Notes: a model not told the origin generated them from the sequence alone. DNA of 64,000 bases from an uncultured Gemmatimonadaceae bacterium (GCA_963716745.1 OY970320.1:1952001-2016000); one strand, 5' to 3'; counted from the stretch's first letter, positions 30,015 through 40,342 are shown. Program-made: numbers and translations.

Positions 30015-31267
30015 ACGCCCCGGCGAAATTCCTGACGTCGCTCGCGCAGAGCCTCTCGACCATGATGCTCTATCCGCGGGGCCATCAGACCTGGAAGCGC
30101 GCGGCCGACGCGTCGTACGAGCAGCTCGCGGAACTGCAGAAGGAGAACGCGCAGCCGCTCTTCTCGTTCATCGGCCGTGATGTGATCTACGGTCATTCGC
30201 CCCTGCACGACCTCAAGGACTGGCCCTGGGCGCAGCGGCTCGCCGAGGCCGGTGTGCAGCGCCTGGAATTCGACGCCGAGGTGACGCGCGACGAGTTCGA
30301 GGATTTCGTCGCCGATGTGCTCGTGCGCGTGGTGCAGAGCGGTGCCGGTGGCGCGATCGAAGCGCCTACGCGTGCGCCCGGCGGCCGGCAGAGCATTCGT
30401 TTCGGCACGGTGACCGTGCGCGAGATCGAGGAAGGGAACGCGGATCTCGGCGACTCCCGCACGCCGACGCCGGCGCAGGGCATGGAGGGCACGGGATTGC
30501 CCTTCGGCCTCGAGGAGGAGGCGGGCGCCGCGACGTGGATCTACGAGCAGGTGCAGGCGAAGGATGTCGTGCCGCTCGTGGAGGCCGACGCGGTAGTGCG
30601 GTCGCTCACGGTCGCGATGAAGGGGAGCAGCGCGATGATCATTCCCCTCCTGCGGCTCAAGGCGAGCGACCCCTATAACGCGATCCACGCGATCAACGTC
30701 GCGGTGCTCGTCATGGCTCTTTCGGAAGCGCTCGGCCTCGGGAACAAGGATGTGCACGAGTTCGGGATGGCGGCGCTGCTGCACGACCTCGGCATGGCAC
30801 GCGTGCCGCGCGAACTGGTGGCCAAGCCCATCGAACTCACGGATGAGGAGCGGAAGATCGTCGAGCGCCACCCGGTGGACGGCGCGCGCATCATCCTGCA
30901 GAGCGACAAGCGCATGGAACTCGGCGCCACGGTGGCGTACGAACACCACCTGCGCCCCGATGGGACCGGTTATCCGCAGGGCCTCTTCCGCCGGCCGATC
31001 CACTTCGGGAGCAAGATGGTGCGCGTGTGCAGCGTGTACAACGCGCTGCGGATCGAACGCGCGCACCGGTCGCCGTACCCCGCGGCACAGGCGCTGCTCT
31101 TCATCGACGAACGCGCGGGCCGCGAGTTCGACTCGGATATCGCCCACGCATTCACCGCCATGATGCGCCGGCTCGAACCACAGATCAAGGAAGTGACGCG
31201 CGACGAGAAGCTGCTGACACCGCCGCTTGGCATGGCTTCTATCCCGTCGGGCGCCGGCGACTACTGA
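30011..31267 (+). CDS. HD-GYP domain protein, copy 2 (distal Asp residues lost)
   Basis: HAINV, LLHDLG, HPVDGA, EHH..DGTGYP, CSVYNAL; ATGA coupling to upstream gene. Confidence 0.88.
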   Translation: MNAPAKFLTSLAQSLSTMMLYPRGHQTWKRAADASYEQLAELQKENAQPLFSFIGRDVIYGHSPLHDLKDWPWAQRLAEAGVQRLEFDAEVTRDEFEDFVADVLVRVVQSGAGGAIEAPTRAPGGRQSIRFGTVTVREIEEGNADLGDSRTPTPAQGMEGTGLPFGLEEEAGAATWIYEQVQAKDVVPLVEADAVVRSLTVAMKGSSAMIIPLLRLKASDPYNAIHAINVAVLVMALSEALGLGNKDVHEFGMAALLHDLGMARVPRELVAKPIELTDEERKIVERHPVDGARIILQSDKRMELGATVAYEHHLRPDGTGYPQGLFRRPIHFGSKMVRVCSVYNALRIERAHRSPYPAAQALLFIDERAGREFDSDIAHAFTAMMRRLEPQIKEVTRDEKLLTPPLGMASIPSGAGDY

Positions 31268-31350
31268 TCTGCCGGCCCGTGTGCAAGTTCGGGCTGGACG
31301 GGCGTCACATATGCGAACGGGCAAAGAGCACTCTCTGACGCGGAGATGGC

Positions 31351-31872
31351 GTGCACGACGTTGACCGGCTGTTCCGGACGTATCATGACATGCTCGTGCG
31401 CTATCTCACCCGCCGCTTGGGGGACCGCGATTGGGCGGAAGAGGTGGCGCAGGAGACGTTCGTGCGGGCGCTGCGCCAGGAGACGATCACGAACGAACGC
31501 GCGTGGCTGTTCACGGTGGCGAACAATCTCGTGCGCGACGACGCGCGCAAGAGCGCGCGCCAGCGGCGGCATCTGGAGTTGCTGCGCGAAGAGCAACGCG
31601 ACGAAGTGTTCGAGCCGGAGCCGCTGAGCGCCGAGCGTGCGGAAGACGCCGCGCTCGCCCGCGCGGCGGTGGATGGTCTTGCGGAGCGCGACCGGCTGGC
31701 GCTCTTGATGCGGGAAGAGGGACTGGACTACGAAGAGATCGCGGTGGCGCTCAAGTTGTCGGTGCGCTCGGTCGGCACGACACTCTCGCGCGCCCGCCGC
31801 CGGCTCGTTGAACATTATGAGGCGCTGCAGCGCATGCCGCGCCGGAGTGAGGGAGGCCATGCGGCATCTTGA
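31351..31872 (+). CDS. ECF RNA polymerase sigma-70 factor
   Basis: AEEVAQETF, AWLFTVANN (region 2); LDYEEIA...SVGTTLSRAR (region 4). Confidence 0.92.
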   Translation: MHDVDRLFRTYHDMLVRYLTRRLGDRDWAEEVAQETFVRALRQETITNERAWLFTVANNLVRDDARKSARQRRHLELLREEQRDEVFEPEPLSAERAEDAALARAAVDGLAERDRLALLMREEGLDYEEIAVALKLSVRSVGTTLSRARRRLVEHYEALQRMPRRSEGGHAAS

Positions 31873-33052
31873 CGAAGGGACGATCCATGCGTGGCTCGAC
31901 GGCGCGCTCAGCGCCGACGAGGAACGCAAGGCCGAATCGCACGCGGCGCAATGCACACAGTGCGCGTCCGCCGTGGCCGACGCGCGCGGATTCATCGCGG
32001 CGTCCTCGCGCATCCTGTCGGCGCTCGACAACGTGCCCGCCGGTGTGATCCCGCAGGATTATCGCGCCATGCCCGCGGCGCAACCGGCGAGTCGCGCGCC
32101 GCGCATCCCGGCGTGGACGCTGCGAGTCGCGGCATCGGTGGTCGTGGTCGCCGCGGGGACGCTGATCGTGGTCGATCGCTACGGTTCGTCGCCGCGCGCT
32201 TCGACGCTCGAGCAGCTCAAGGCGAAGGACGCCGAGGCGCCGACAGCGGCGCCCGCGAACGCACCTGCACCGGTGACCGTTGAGCGCAGCGAATCCTCGG
32301 CGGTGCAGGCTCCGGCGACTCCGAGCGCGGGCCGGCCCGCGACGAATGAACTCGCGGCCGGCGCGCTGAGCGACAAACTGGAAGCCGATGCGAAGCAGAA
32401 GGTGGAGGATCCGCAGCGTGCCGCGAACGTCCGCGATTCCGGTGCTTCCGCCGCGTCTGGCGCGGCTGGCGCGAACGTCGCTGTTCCGGAGGCCGCGGAG
32501 CGCACCCTCGCCTCGAAGCCGGAGATGAAGACGGCGCCGGCGCCCGCCGCCGTCAGCGGTGCGCTATCGGCTCCGGCGTCCGCTGCGCCCGCGCCCGGGC
32601 TCGCCGCGGATCAGATGCAGCTCACACCGAAGGCACCGAGCGTGCAGAGCGCGCAGTCGTCCGTTGCCACCACGGCGAAGCACGCGGCGCCAATGCCATT
32701 CCCGGGCATGCGGCTCGTGAGCGAACAGATGGTCACGGAGGATGCCGTACTGGTCCAGAAGCGTGTGTTCGAAGTGCGGCCCGGCATCCAGGTGACGCTC
32801 GCCAGTTTCGCGAGCGCGCCCGCCCAGCCCGCGGAGGCGCGCAGCGACGCGGACAGCGCGACGCGCGACTCGGTCGGCCGCATGGCGCGGCGTCAATTCC
32901 GGATGAAGAGTCTCGATGAACCCGTTGCGGGGATCAACTCTATTCAGTGGACCGACTCCACCGGCACCGAGTTCATGCTCAGCGGTCCTTTGCCGCTGGA
33001 TTCGCTGCGCGCGTTGCGGCCATACCTGCCGGTGCGGCCCCAGCGTCCGTAG
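31859..33052 (+). CDS. Zinc-binding (zf-HC2) transmembrane anti-sigma factor
   Basis: HLDE...WLDG.L....HAAQCTQC, one TM helix, Ala/Pro-rich extracytoplasmic tail; overlaps the sigma gene. Confidence 0.85.
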   Translation: MRHLDEGTIHAWLDGALSADEERKAESHAAQCTQCASAVADARGFIAASSRILSALDNVPAGVIPQDYRAMPAAQPASRAPRIPAWTLRVAASVVVVAAGTLIVVDRYGSSPRASTLEQLKAKDAEAPTAAPANAPAPVTVERSESSAVQAPATPSAGRPATNELAAGALSDKLEADAKQKVEDPQRAANVRDSGASAASGAAGANVAVPEAAERTLASKPEMKTAPAPAAVSGALSAPASAAPAPGLAADQMQLTPKAPSVQSAQSSVATTAKHAAPMPFPGMRLVSEQMVTEDAVLVQKRVFEVRPGIQVTLASFASAPAQPAEARSDADSATRDSVGRMARRQFRMKSLDEPVAGINSIQWTDSTGTEFMLSGPLPLDSLRALRPYLPVRPQRP

Positions 33053-34055
33053 CGCCGTCGGCGTCCTTGTCGGCGTCGTCACGCAGCGCCCGGAGCACCG
33101 TGCCGCCCGCGACGAGTGCGCCGAGCAGCACGAAGATGTAGAAGGTGTAGAACCGCCACCAAATGAGCGACGCACCGAACACGCGCGCGGGGATCGTGCC
33201 TCCGAGCGTGGCCTTGAACGCGACCTCGATCGCCCCGCCGCCGCCAGGCACCGGAGCGATCACGCTGCCATACGTGAGCGCGATGGGCCAGAGGATGAGC
33301 GGCGCGAGCGGCGCCGGTTCATGGAACGAGTAGACGATGAGCGGCAGGATCGAGAGCCGGAGCGCCACGTGCGCGAGCGACGCGAGGAGCGCGAGCGTCG
33401 CCATCCCGTAGCGCACGTCCCGCAATCCGTGAATGCCCTCGCGCAATTGGCGGAGCGACCGCTGCACACCGCGCCACCGCGCGGCGTTGAGCCCCACGTA
33501 ATGCGCCCACTTCGGTGCTGGGCCCGAGGCGTGCGTGCGGGAGAGCGCGAAACCGATCGCGGCGCCGCCGAGCACGAAGAGCGCGTACGCGGCGACCAGT
33601 CCCGCCATGCCGAGGATCATCGCGCCCGAGCTGTTGAATACCACGAACATCGCGACCGCCACGAGCGCGAGCGAGATCATCTCCAGGAACAATTCCGCGA
33701 AGATCACGAGGATGATCTGCGCCGACGGCATCCCGGCCTCCGACAGGATCAGGAACCGCGCGGGCTCCGCACCGGTGCGCGCCGGCGTGATGGCGGCGCC
33801 GAAATCGCCTCCCGCGCTCGCGCGCAGCGCGGAACCGTACGTCATCGGGATCGAGAGCGCCGCCGCGCTGAGGCGCACCTTGAGGCCGCGTGCGCCAAGC
33901 TCGAGCAGCGCGAGGGCGAGCAGCGCCGCATGCACTAGCGGTGACACCGATACCGCCGCGTTCTCCGCGGGCCACGACGAACGCACAATGTAGAGCGAGA
34001 CTCCGATCGCGGCGGCGAAAGAGACCACCGCCAGCGTCCAGCGGAACGGTGTCAC
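32979..34055 (-). CDS. Lysylphosphatidylglycerol-synthase TM / flippase-like membrane protein (UPF0104)
   Basis: AITPARTGAEP, APVPGGGGAIE, LIWWRFYTFY motifs; multi-TM. Confidence 0.8.
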   Translation of the reverse strand: MTPFRWTLAVVSFAAAIGVSLYIVRSSWPAENAAVSVSPLVHAALLALALLELGARGLKVRLSAAALSIPMTYGSALRASAGGDFGAAITPARTGAEPARFLILSEAGMPSAQIILVIFAELFLEMISLALVAVAMFVVFNSSGAMILGMAGLVAAYALFVLGGAAIGFALSRTHASGPAPKWAHYVGLNAARWRGVQRSLRQLREGIHGLRDVRYGMATLALLASLAHVALRLSILPLIVYSFHEPAPLAPLILWPIALTYGSVIAPVPGGGGAIEVAFKATLGGTIPARVFGASLIWWRFYTFYIFVLLGALVAGGTVLRALRDDADKDADGATDAGAAPAGMAATRAANPAAKDR

Positions 34056-34071
34056 GCGCGGCGGCCGGCGA

Positions 34072-36541
34072 TCACCGGACCTGCACCGCCTCGAGCGGCG
34101 ACATGCGTCGCACCGCAGGGTACGGAACGCGCTCGCCCTTGAGCGCGCGCCACAGCTCGCGGTTGAAGTCGTCCTCGTTGGCGCGGTCCGGCGCGGAGAG
34201 GTCGAGCGGCCGCCCGCGCGCTGACCCGACGCGCACCGCCGGATTCTTCTCGTCGAGGCGCTGCGAGGGCGTGACCGCGACGTACGGCGTGAGATCAGGC
34301 TCGCTCGCGAACACGTCGCGCAACGGCCGGCCGTAATAATCGAATTGCGACAACGATCCGAGATGCAGGATCTCCACGATCGTCGCGATGACATCGGTGG
34401 TGTTGGTGAACCGGTGCACCGGACCCGGTTTGCTGTACGCCGAGATCGCGAACATCACGGACCGGTGCGAGTCCACGTGGTCGGGTCCGTTCTGCGCGTC
34501 ATCTTCGACGACGAACACCACGGTGTTCTTCCAGAAGCGCGACCGGGAGAGCGCCTCCACCAATCGCCCGAGCGCGAGGTCATTGTCGGCGAACGCCGCG
34601 CGCGGCGCGATCGCGCCCGCCCGCATGCCCGACGTGTGGTCGTTCGGCAACGTCATGGTGATGAGCGCCGGCATCTCGCCCGTGCGATCGAACTCCTTGA
34701 ACTCCGCGAGCCAGACATCCATCCGGTGCTGGTCGAGGATCGCGAGATCGAAACCGGGGAAGTCCGGGTTCGTGTGGCCGCGCATCACCTTCTTCACGCC
34801 CTCGAAGCCTCCCTTCCGGCCGGAGGCGCGAAGTGTGCTGTCGAAATACGTGAACTCGCCGTAGTCGCGGAACGTGATGTTCGCTTTGGCGGCTGCGTTC
34901 CAGAGATATCCGTTCGCCGGCTCCGCGACGTCATCGTCCGTCAATTCATTGCGGTTCTCGCCTCCGTAGTCGTCATCGCGCCCTTGATCGGCATACGCGA
35001 GTGAGGTGGTCTTCTGGACGTACTCGGTCGCGTACGAGCCGAACGTCCAATTGTGCCCATCGGCGCTCACCTCGGCGTTCACGAAGAACCGGTCGTACGC
35101 GCCGAACCGCTGGGCGAGCGCGTGATGGTTGGGCGATGACGCGAGCCCGAAGAACTGCAGCGACGTGTCGCCGTCCACGCCCGGCAAGTCGCTCAGCACC
35201 TGATCGAAGGTGCGGTTCTCCTTCAGGATGTAGATCACGTGCTCGAAGGGCGGATAGTGCGCGGCCGATCGCGCCGGCGCGTCCCAGCCGTTCGCGTGGG
35301 CCACGCGCGCGGACAACGGCGCGAATGCGGCCGAGTCGCCCATCGCGCCGGCGAACGCCAACACGGTGCCATTGAGCTGCCCCAGCGTGTAGGCGTGGGT
35401 CGTCGCGCCGCTCGGGCTCATTGGCGTCGGATCGCCCACGTTGGGACCGGGCACGTGCCCCTTCGCGTTGAGCACCAGGATCGTATCACCGGTCATCGCG
35501 AGCCCCGCAGGATACCACTCCACCGGGAATCGTCCCATGAGCCGGTCCGCACCGACGGCCCCTTTCACGCCCGACGTGGCCGCCGACAGGTCGAACACCG
35601 CCACCGCATTATTGTCCGCCTCGGCCACGAAGAGCCGCGTGCCGCTCGCCGAAAGCGCGAGCGCGTTCGGCGTGCTTCCCTCGCCGGGACCGGCCGGCGC
35701 GGCATCGTGCAACTCGGCGATGATCTTGCGCGAGCGCGTATCCAGCACGACGACACGGTCGGTGGTGGACGAGGCCACATACAATCGCGCGCCGTCGTCG
35801 CTCAACAACAGCGCCGACGGGTGGCGGCCGGCCGGGATCGAGGCCGCCGGCGCAAGCGTGCCGCCGGAACGCGCGGTGAATACGGCCACTGCGTTGCCGT
35901 CCCAGGCCGACGCGTACACCGTGCCGTCGGGCGCGACCGCGACGCCATACGGGTACCGGCCCGTGGGGAAGCCGCTGCAGCACGCGCTTCGACGCGACAT
36001 CGAGCACCACGATCGAATCGGCGAGGTTCTCCACGGCGTAGATGATCCGGCCGTCGCGCGACCATGCGAGCCCCGCTGGATAGCGCGTCCCGCTCGGCCC
36101 CCGATTGGACGCGAGCACAATGCTGTCGCGCAGCGTGGCGACGCCCATGTGCCACGAGAACAAGTAGATCGCATCCGCGTTCCCGCCCGACGCCGCCAGC
36201 ATGTTGCCGTCCGGCGAAAATGCGAGACCCAGGAACGCGCTCGGCAGCGGCTGAGTGGCGGTCACTCGGCCATACTGCCGGTCGATGATCTGAATGCCGC
36301 GCTCCTTCCAGCCATTCAACAAGAGGACGGCGTAGCGGCGATCGGGGGAGAGCACCATCGCCAGCGGCAGCGAGCCGGCTTGCACGGATGGCGCGACCGG
36401 ATCGAGATAATTGCCCGTGGGCAGCCTGTGCTCGGCGTCATCCACCGCTCGCGCCGCGCTCGTGGACGGCAATGTCTTGCCGCACGCCGCGAGCGCGATT
36501 GCCATGCCGGCGGCCGCGACCGCGCGCGCAATGTTATTCAC
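34072..36541 (-). CDS. YncE-like beta-propeller / phosphoesterase (alkaline phosphatase superfamily) lipoprotein; one frameshift near 35970
   Basis: Lipobox LAAC and propeller repeats in ORF 35609..36541 continue in ORF 34072..36174 with YILKENRTFD, EVSADGH, LPNDHT, EDDAQNGPDHVDSHRS. Confidence 0.85.
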
Positions 36542-37106
36542 AGTGCCAGCGGAGATGCAGTGAGATATCGGCGTGGTGACTCTGTCCCTTCTTGACGCCC
36601 ATCTTCACGAAATTGCTCGCATGCAGCGCGCCGGAGCGGCCGAGTGGGTCGGAAAGCTCCGCTCCGCCGCGGCCGTCGCCGTAGGTCTTCGTTCCGATCG
36701 AGACCTCGACGTTCCCGATGCGCGAATGCGCACAATGAGAATAATTGTTCCCGACGGGCAGATCGCCGTCGCGCGGATTGTAGATCGTGAAGCTCACGCG
36801 TGCGTTGCAATGCAGGCCCTCCACCTGGAGGAGGCGGTCGCCGTTGCTCTCGCTCGAGATGCAGCTCATGATGAACGCGCTGTCGGCCGAGAAATGCTGC
36901 GCGCCCGTCACGGTGAGCGACATCGGCCGGTTCGCCTTCGCGACGGCCAATGCGAATTTTCGCGCGGAGTCGGCGAGGGCCCGGTCCTGGGCCGCGGCGG
37001 CGGTACTGTCGGCCGCGAACTTCGGGTCCGAGTTCTTCGGCGGGTCCTTGATCACCTGGTCGCAGGCGGCGAGCAACACGAGCAATCCGGCGGTCGCGAG
37101 GCGCAT
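36534..37106 (-). CDS. Hypothetical lipoprotein
   Basis: MRLATAGLLVLLAAC lipobox; operonic spacing with both neighbours. Confidence 0.7.
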   Translation of the reverse strand: MRLATAGLLVLLAACDQVIKDPPKNSDPKFAADSTAAAAQDRALADSARKFALAVAKANRPMSLTVTGAQHFSADSAFIMSCISSESNGDRLLQVEGLHCNARVSFTIYNPRDGDLPVGNNYSHCAHSRIGNVEVSIGTKTYGDGRGGAELSDPLGRSGALHASNFVKMGVKKGQSHHADISLHLRWHCE

Positions 37107-37117
37107 GGGGGTCGGCG

Positions 37118-38083
37118 CTACGGTTTGAGCGGCGGCATCGCGTAGAACTCCACGCGATCCTGATCCATGATCGGGATCGCGAGCCGCGAGCGGCGCGTGT
37201 CCACGCCGAAATCGGCCGGCGCGGTGAATCCCCGGACGATCGTCTGCTGATTCCCGTGATTGATGATCAGCGCGTGCTCGGCCCAGCTCGTGATCACCGA
37301 GCGCCCGTCGGCGAGCATCTCGACGCCGTCCGATTGGTTCGCGCCGAAGCCGATCGTACGCGCCGTCTTGTCGCCGGGGCGCCAGCTGAGGATGTGAACG
37401 TCGCCCCACTGCACGATGATGAAGCGTTTGCCGCGCGCATCCCACGTGATGCCGTTGGGCGAGCCGAGCGAGTCACTGTGGAGCGCCACCGATGTCTTGC
37501 GATCCGGACCGATGCGGAAGATCCGGTTGCCCTTCGTTTTCGTCGATTTCCCATCGGGCCCGGTGTCGGTGATGTAGAGCGCACCGTCAGGCGCGGCGGC
37601 GATGTCGTTCAGGAAGATGGCGCCGAGCTTCTGGAGGTCCACCGAGGCGACCAGCGCACCGGTGTTCTTGTTGAACCCGCGCACGACGTCGAGGTCGGCC
37701 ACCCAGAGCGTGTCGCCGACGATCACGAGCCCGTGCGGCGAGTGGAGCGTCACGCCATCGCGTCCGCCGGCAATGAAGAGCAGGGAATCCACGGTGCCAT
37801 CGGCGCGCATGCGCGAGATGAATCCGTTATTGTCCTTCGCGAGCTCCTCGCCATTGGTGCTCGAGACGAAGAAGACGTCGAGCGCCGAGTCGTAGCGCAC
37901 CGACTCGGGCGCCTTGAAACCGGTGATCGTCTGCGTGCGGCTCGGTGCGGCGATCGAATCAGCTTTGCGTTCGGCGAGCGCGGAATCGGCTTTCGCTTGT
38001 TTGGCATCGGGCGGCTTGCAGCCCGCCATGACGGCGAGCGCGATCACGCAGGCGGTGCGCGCGAATGACATGGGGCGGTTCAT
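37118..38083 (-). CDS. SMP-30/gluconolactonase-like beta-propeller lipoprotein
   Basis: Lipobox MAGC; GFKAPES, FLNDIA, LYITDTG, PNGI, DGVE, PADFG motifs. Confidence 0.82.
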   Translation of the reverse strand: MNRPMSFARTACVIALAVMAGCKPPDAKQAKADSALAERKADSIAAPSRTQTITGFKAPESVRYDSALDVFFVSSTNGEELAKDNNGFISRMRADGTVDSLLFIAGGRDGVTLHSPHGLVIVGDTLWVADLDVVRGFNKNTGALVASVDLQKLGAIFLNDIAAAPDGALYITDTGPDGKSTKTKGNRIFRIGPDRKTSVALHSDSLGSPNGITWDARGKRFIIVQWGDVHILSWRPGDKTARTIGFGANQSDGVEMLADGRSVITSWAEHALIINHGNQQTIVRGFTAPADFGVDTRRSRLAIPIMDQDRVEFYAMPPLKP

Positions 38084-38154
38084 CTCCGTTGAGCGTCCGG
38101 CCTCGGAAGTAGCGCACGGGGCGGAGTCGCGTCAAGACGCGAAGATCGCCCGGG

Positions 38155-38763
38155 CTAGTTGCCGAATCCGAGCGAGACGCCGATCTCGAGGAGGGTCACA
38201 GATCCGTGGACACCGAGGCCGCTGTAGGCGCCACCGAGATCGCCGGTATTGAACATGGACAGGTAGTTGACGAATGGAACAGCGGCGAAGGGCGTCTTGC
38301 TGAAACGCCAGTCGTAGCCCAGCCCCAGGCCCGCCGCGACACTCGTCGTTCCGCCGTTCCCGCCGCTCTGGTCGAAGGCGACGCGCCCGATCCCTGCGTT
38401 CGCGCGCACCCAGAAATTCCCGCGGTCGATCGGGTAGAACGCGACGGACGCCGTGTAAAACGACGCAATGGCTTCCGCGCCGCTGCCGAACTGTGACACG
38501 AGGTAATTCGTGACATCGACCTGGTCGAATTGCAACGCGATCCGCCACCGCTCGTTGAAGCTCCACCCGAGCGCGATCGATCCGGCGGCGGCGCCTTGGG
38601 ACCCCGAAGCATGCGCGTCGGAACTGTTGGACAGACTGGTGCCGAGGTTGCCGTACGCGAGGCCGATGCTCGCTGTGACTCCGGACGTGCGTTGGGCGCA
38701 CAGCGGAGCGGCCACGGCCAACGACGCGACCATGGCGATGGTCAACGAACGATCGATGCGCAT
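38155..38763 (-). CDS. Outer-membrane beta-barrel protein, array copy 1 (most divergent, no Cys pair)
   Basis: Signal peptide; alternating beta-strands; FYP..NFWVRA.AG.G, GLGYDW, PFVNY; ends GVSLGFGN. Confidence 0.75.
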   Translation of the reverse strand: MRIDRSLTIAMVASLAVAAPLCAQRTSGVTASIGLAYGNLGTSLSNSSDAHASGSQGAAAGSIALGWSFNERWRIALQFDQVDVTNYLVSQFGSGAEAIASFYTASVAFYPIDRGNFWVRANAGIGRVAFDQSGGNGGTTSVAAGLGLGYDWRFSKTPFAAVPFVNYLSMFNTGDLGGAYSGLGVHGSVTLLEIGVSLGFGN

Positions 38764-38835
38764 GCACAGCTCCCGGATACGGATGGGCCTGCTACACCGC
38801 GCCGTGCAATGCGGTCCGGCGACGAGCGAGAAACA

Positions 38836-38869
38836 AACGGGGCCCGCCGCGGATGCGACAGGCCCCGTT
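38836..38869 (-). terminator. Terminator hairpin after array copy 2
   Basis: GGGGCCCGCCGC...GCGACAGGCCCC stem, T-rich tail on the minus strand. Confidence 0.7.
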
Positions 38870-38889
38870 CGACTCCGGCGACTCAACGG

Positions 38890-39486
38890 TTAGTGCTTGA
38901 AGCCGATGCCGAGTCCGACCTGGAAGAGCGATGCCATGCCCTGCACGCCATCACCCGAGAGCGGGCCCCCGTACGTGGACTTCGAGAATTGCGTCAGATA
39001 ATTGGCGAACGGCTTGATGATGAGACCGCCCTTGCCGATGCCCCAATCGAAGCCCACGCCGACGCCGCCCGCCGTACCGTTCTGAGAAGTCCCCTGGAAG
39101 TCGCCGTCGATCGAATTGCCGCCGTAGCCGAGATTCAGTTTGACGAAGAGATTGCTGCCCATCGGGAACCAGGCGAGCGCCGCCGACCAGAACGTGCTCG
39201 TGATTTTGGTGCCGCCGTCGCAAAGGTTGCCGCATCCCGTCTTGGCATAATTCCACTCGGCGCCGATCGCGAATCTCGAACTCAATCGCCAGCCGGCGTT
39301 GGCATAGTACGAGACGCCGTCCCCCGATTGGTTCGGCGTCTCGGCGGCGCTGTTGAAGTCGGCCTTGTTCGAGGCGTAGCCGGCGCCGCCGCTGATGTAG
39401 AACCCGGTGCGGCTTTGGGCGGCGGCCGGGCTGGCCGCGGTCACGGCCGCGAGGAAGAGTACTGCGAGGATCGTGAGCTGGCGCAT
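38890..39486 (-). CDS. Outer-membrane beta-barrel protein, array copy 2
   Basis: AGGAGG RBS; signal peptide; GFDWGIGKGG.IIKPFANY; ends GIGFKH; loop CGNLC. Confidence 0.85.
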   Translation of the reverse strand: MRQLTILAVLFLAAVTAASPAAAQSRTGFYISGGAGYASNKADFNSAAETPNQSGDGVSYYANAGWRLSSRFAIGAEWNYAKTGCGNLCDGGTKITSTFWSAALAWFPMGSNLFVKLNLGYGGNSIDGDFQGTSQNGTAGGVGVGFDWGIGKGGLIIKPFANYLTQFSKSTYGGPLSGDGVQGMASLFQVGLGIGFKH

Positions 39487-39542
39487 GATTCCTCCTGTGT
39501 TGATGGCCAACTCACGTTGACACAGTGATCATGGGGATGCAA

Positions 39543-39576
39543 CAAGGGACCCGTCGTGATCGCGACGGGCCCCTTG
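39543..39576 (-). terminator. Terminator hairpin after array copy 3
   Basis: CAAGGGACCCGTCG...CGACGGGCCCCTTG stem, same family as the neighbouring hairpins. Confidence 0.7.
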
Positions 39577-39596
39577 GTCACTGCGAGAAACTTGTT

Positions 39597-40196
39597 CTAG
39601 TGCTTGTAGCCGATGCCGACGCCGACCTGGAAGAGCGAGGCCTTCCCGTTGATGCCCTCGCCCGAGAGCGCTCCGCTGTATGTCGCCGATGAGAACTGGG
39701 TCATGTAGTTCGCGAACGGCTTGACGATGAATCCGCCTTTCCCGATCGCCCAGTCGAAGCCCACGCCAATGCCGCCGAAGAAGCCCATCTCGGAGGCCGA
39801 CTCACCGCCGCCGCTGATCTCGTCGCCGCCGTAGCCAAGGTTCGCCTTCACGAAGAAATTGTTCTTCTCCATCGGGAACCACGTGAACGCGGCGGAATAG
39901 AAGCTGTTCGCGATCTTGTCGGGGCTGCAATTGTCGCAGCTCGTGCTCGCGTAGTTCCATTCAGCGCCAATCGCGAACTTCTGGTTGAGCAACCACCCGA
40001 ACTGAGCATAGTAGGTCGCGCCGCTGCCGCTCTCGTCCTGGCTCTCGCCGGACGAACTGATATTGACCTTGTTCGAGCCATAGCCAACGCCACCGCTGGC
40101 ATAGAAGCCCTGGCGGACCTCGGCCTGCGCCGAGACCGAGCTGGCCGTGAGTAATGCGGCTACAGCGAGTGCTGCGAGGATCGCGAGCTTACGCAT
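39597..40196 (-). CDS. Outer-membrane beta-barrel protein, array copy 3
   Basis: Paralog; GFDWAIGKGGFIVKPFANY; ends GIGYKH; loop CDNC. Confidence 0.85.
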   Translation of the reverse strand: MRKLAILAALAVAALLTASSVSAQAEVRQGFYASGGVGYGSNKVNISSSGESQDESGSGATYYAQFGWLLNQKFAIGAEWNYASTSCDNCSPDKIANSFYSAAFTWFPMEKNNFFVKANLGYGGDEISGGGESASEMGFFGGIGVGFDWAIGKGGFIVKPFANYMTQFSSATYSGALSGEGINGKASLFQVGVGIGYKH

Positions 40197-40342
40197 GATT
40201 CCTCCTGCGAGGGTGGGTGCCCTGGCCCGATAGGGCGGGGCAGAGTAACACGTAGCCAAGGCTGTCGCTTCTCGACCGCCAACGCAACTGGCTAATGGAC
40301 GCCGCCGCGCCCCTCGTGGTCACGCTTGGCAATGGCACGTAG

